A stretch of 64,000 nucleotides of DNA from Hemiscyllium ocellatum. Lineage: Eukaryota. Below, in pieces: positions 63,350 through 64,000 of this stretch. The DNA lies in contig NC_083405.1 of assembly GCF_020745735.1 (NCBI RefSeq), forward strand, positions 76,350,345 through 76,414,344, in the 5' to 3' direction. A program made the position numbers and the translations under genes. A model generated the notes under the pieces. That model saw only the letters and a program-made list of their open reading frames with translations, was not told the DNA's origin and made no database searches. The first letter of the stretch is position 1. Each line of letters starts with the position of its first letter.

Positions 63350-63745
63350 CCCTTTGGTTGAAAACACAATGCCTCATCTTCTGCCTCGGAACCCTCCAAC
63401 CACAAGGGATGAATGCAGATTTCTCCAGCTTCCTCACTTCCCCTCCCCCCACCTTATCTCAGTCCCAACCCTCGGACTCAGCACCACCTTCTTGACCTGC
63501 AATCTTCTTCCCGACCTCTCCGCCCCCAACCCCCACTCCGGCCTATCACCCTCACCTTAACCTCCTTCCACTTATCGCATTCCCAACCCCCCTCCCCCAA
63601 GTCCTTCCTCCCTACTTTTTATCTTAGCCTGCTTGGCACACCTTCCTCATTCCTGAAGAAGGGCTTATGCCTGAAATGTCGATTCTCCTGCTCCTTGGAT
63701 GCTGCCTGACGTGCTGCGCTTTTCCAACAACACATTTTCCAGCTC
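63350..63745 (+). mobile_element. Penelope-like element 3' end: GIY-YIG C-terminus, C-rich tract, hammerhead, terminal repeat
   Basis: LIFCLGTLQPQGMNADFSSF, then CTGAAGA-A-GGGC-ttat-GCCT-GAAATGTC at 63653-63680, then the short-repeat body. This links the short repeats to autonomous Penelope elements. Confidence 0.8.
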
Positions 63746-64000
63746 TGAAAATACGAGTCAAACATCCCACAATGTAACAATGACATAATTCACAACAGTA
63801 GAATTGAAGTTTCATAAATTTAATTAATTCATGGGGTGTAAGCATTGTGTATTGTCAATGCTTAATTGCTCTTCAGAAGGTACGAAGCCTTTTGGTTCGG
63901 CTGCAGTCCATATGTATTAGGTAGGCAGTTATCAACTGTACTGAAACGTTTTTAATTTCATTGGGTTAATGCACCATAAATTGAACCAGTTAATCTTGAG

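Noticed and set aside
55233-64000. Next upstream HACL1 exon (VDICAEE-like)
   Set aside because: Not found by eye. It probably lies beyond the window end.

Overview
Vertebrate genomic DNA, almost certainly from a shark. The repeat content (HE1 V-SINEs, HER1/CR1 LINEs, Penelope-derived short repeats) is typical of elasmobranchs; species not determinable here. The only host gene I can support is the 3' half of HACL1 (2-hydroxyacyl-CoA lyase 1) on the minus strand. Six GT-AG exons (55131-55232, 51774-51928, 49668-49826, 45748-45855, 36942-37128, 30729-30761) splice in frame to 247 aa, contain the TPP-binding GDSA...NN motif and end in the peroxisomal signal -SNM. The rest is intron or intergenic DNA dominated by decayed retroelements: many CR1 fragments, one near full-length CR1 with an esterase ORF1, a Rex1/Babar fragment, Penelope-like elements, SINEs, a probable solo LTR, two MITEs, a 19-bp minisatellite and a 156-N assembly gap. 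Three observations stand out. (i) About ten minimal hammerhead-ribozyme motifs sit in short, often palindromic, TSD-flanked Penelope-derived inserts whose breakpoints cluster at the ribozyme, and one insert starts exactly at the predicted cleavage site. (ii) A LINE carries a tRNA-like SINE head, and a SINE here looks like its internal-deletion derivative. (iii) Oppositely oriented MITEs bracket the frame-symmetric TPP-binding exon of HACL1. Repeat boundaries are approximate because they were read by eye.
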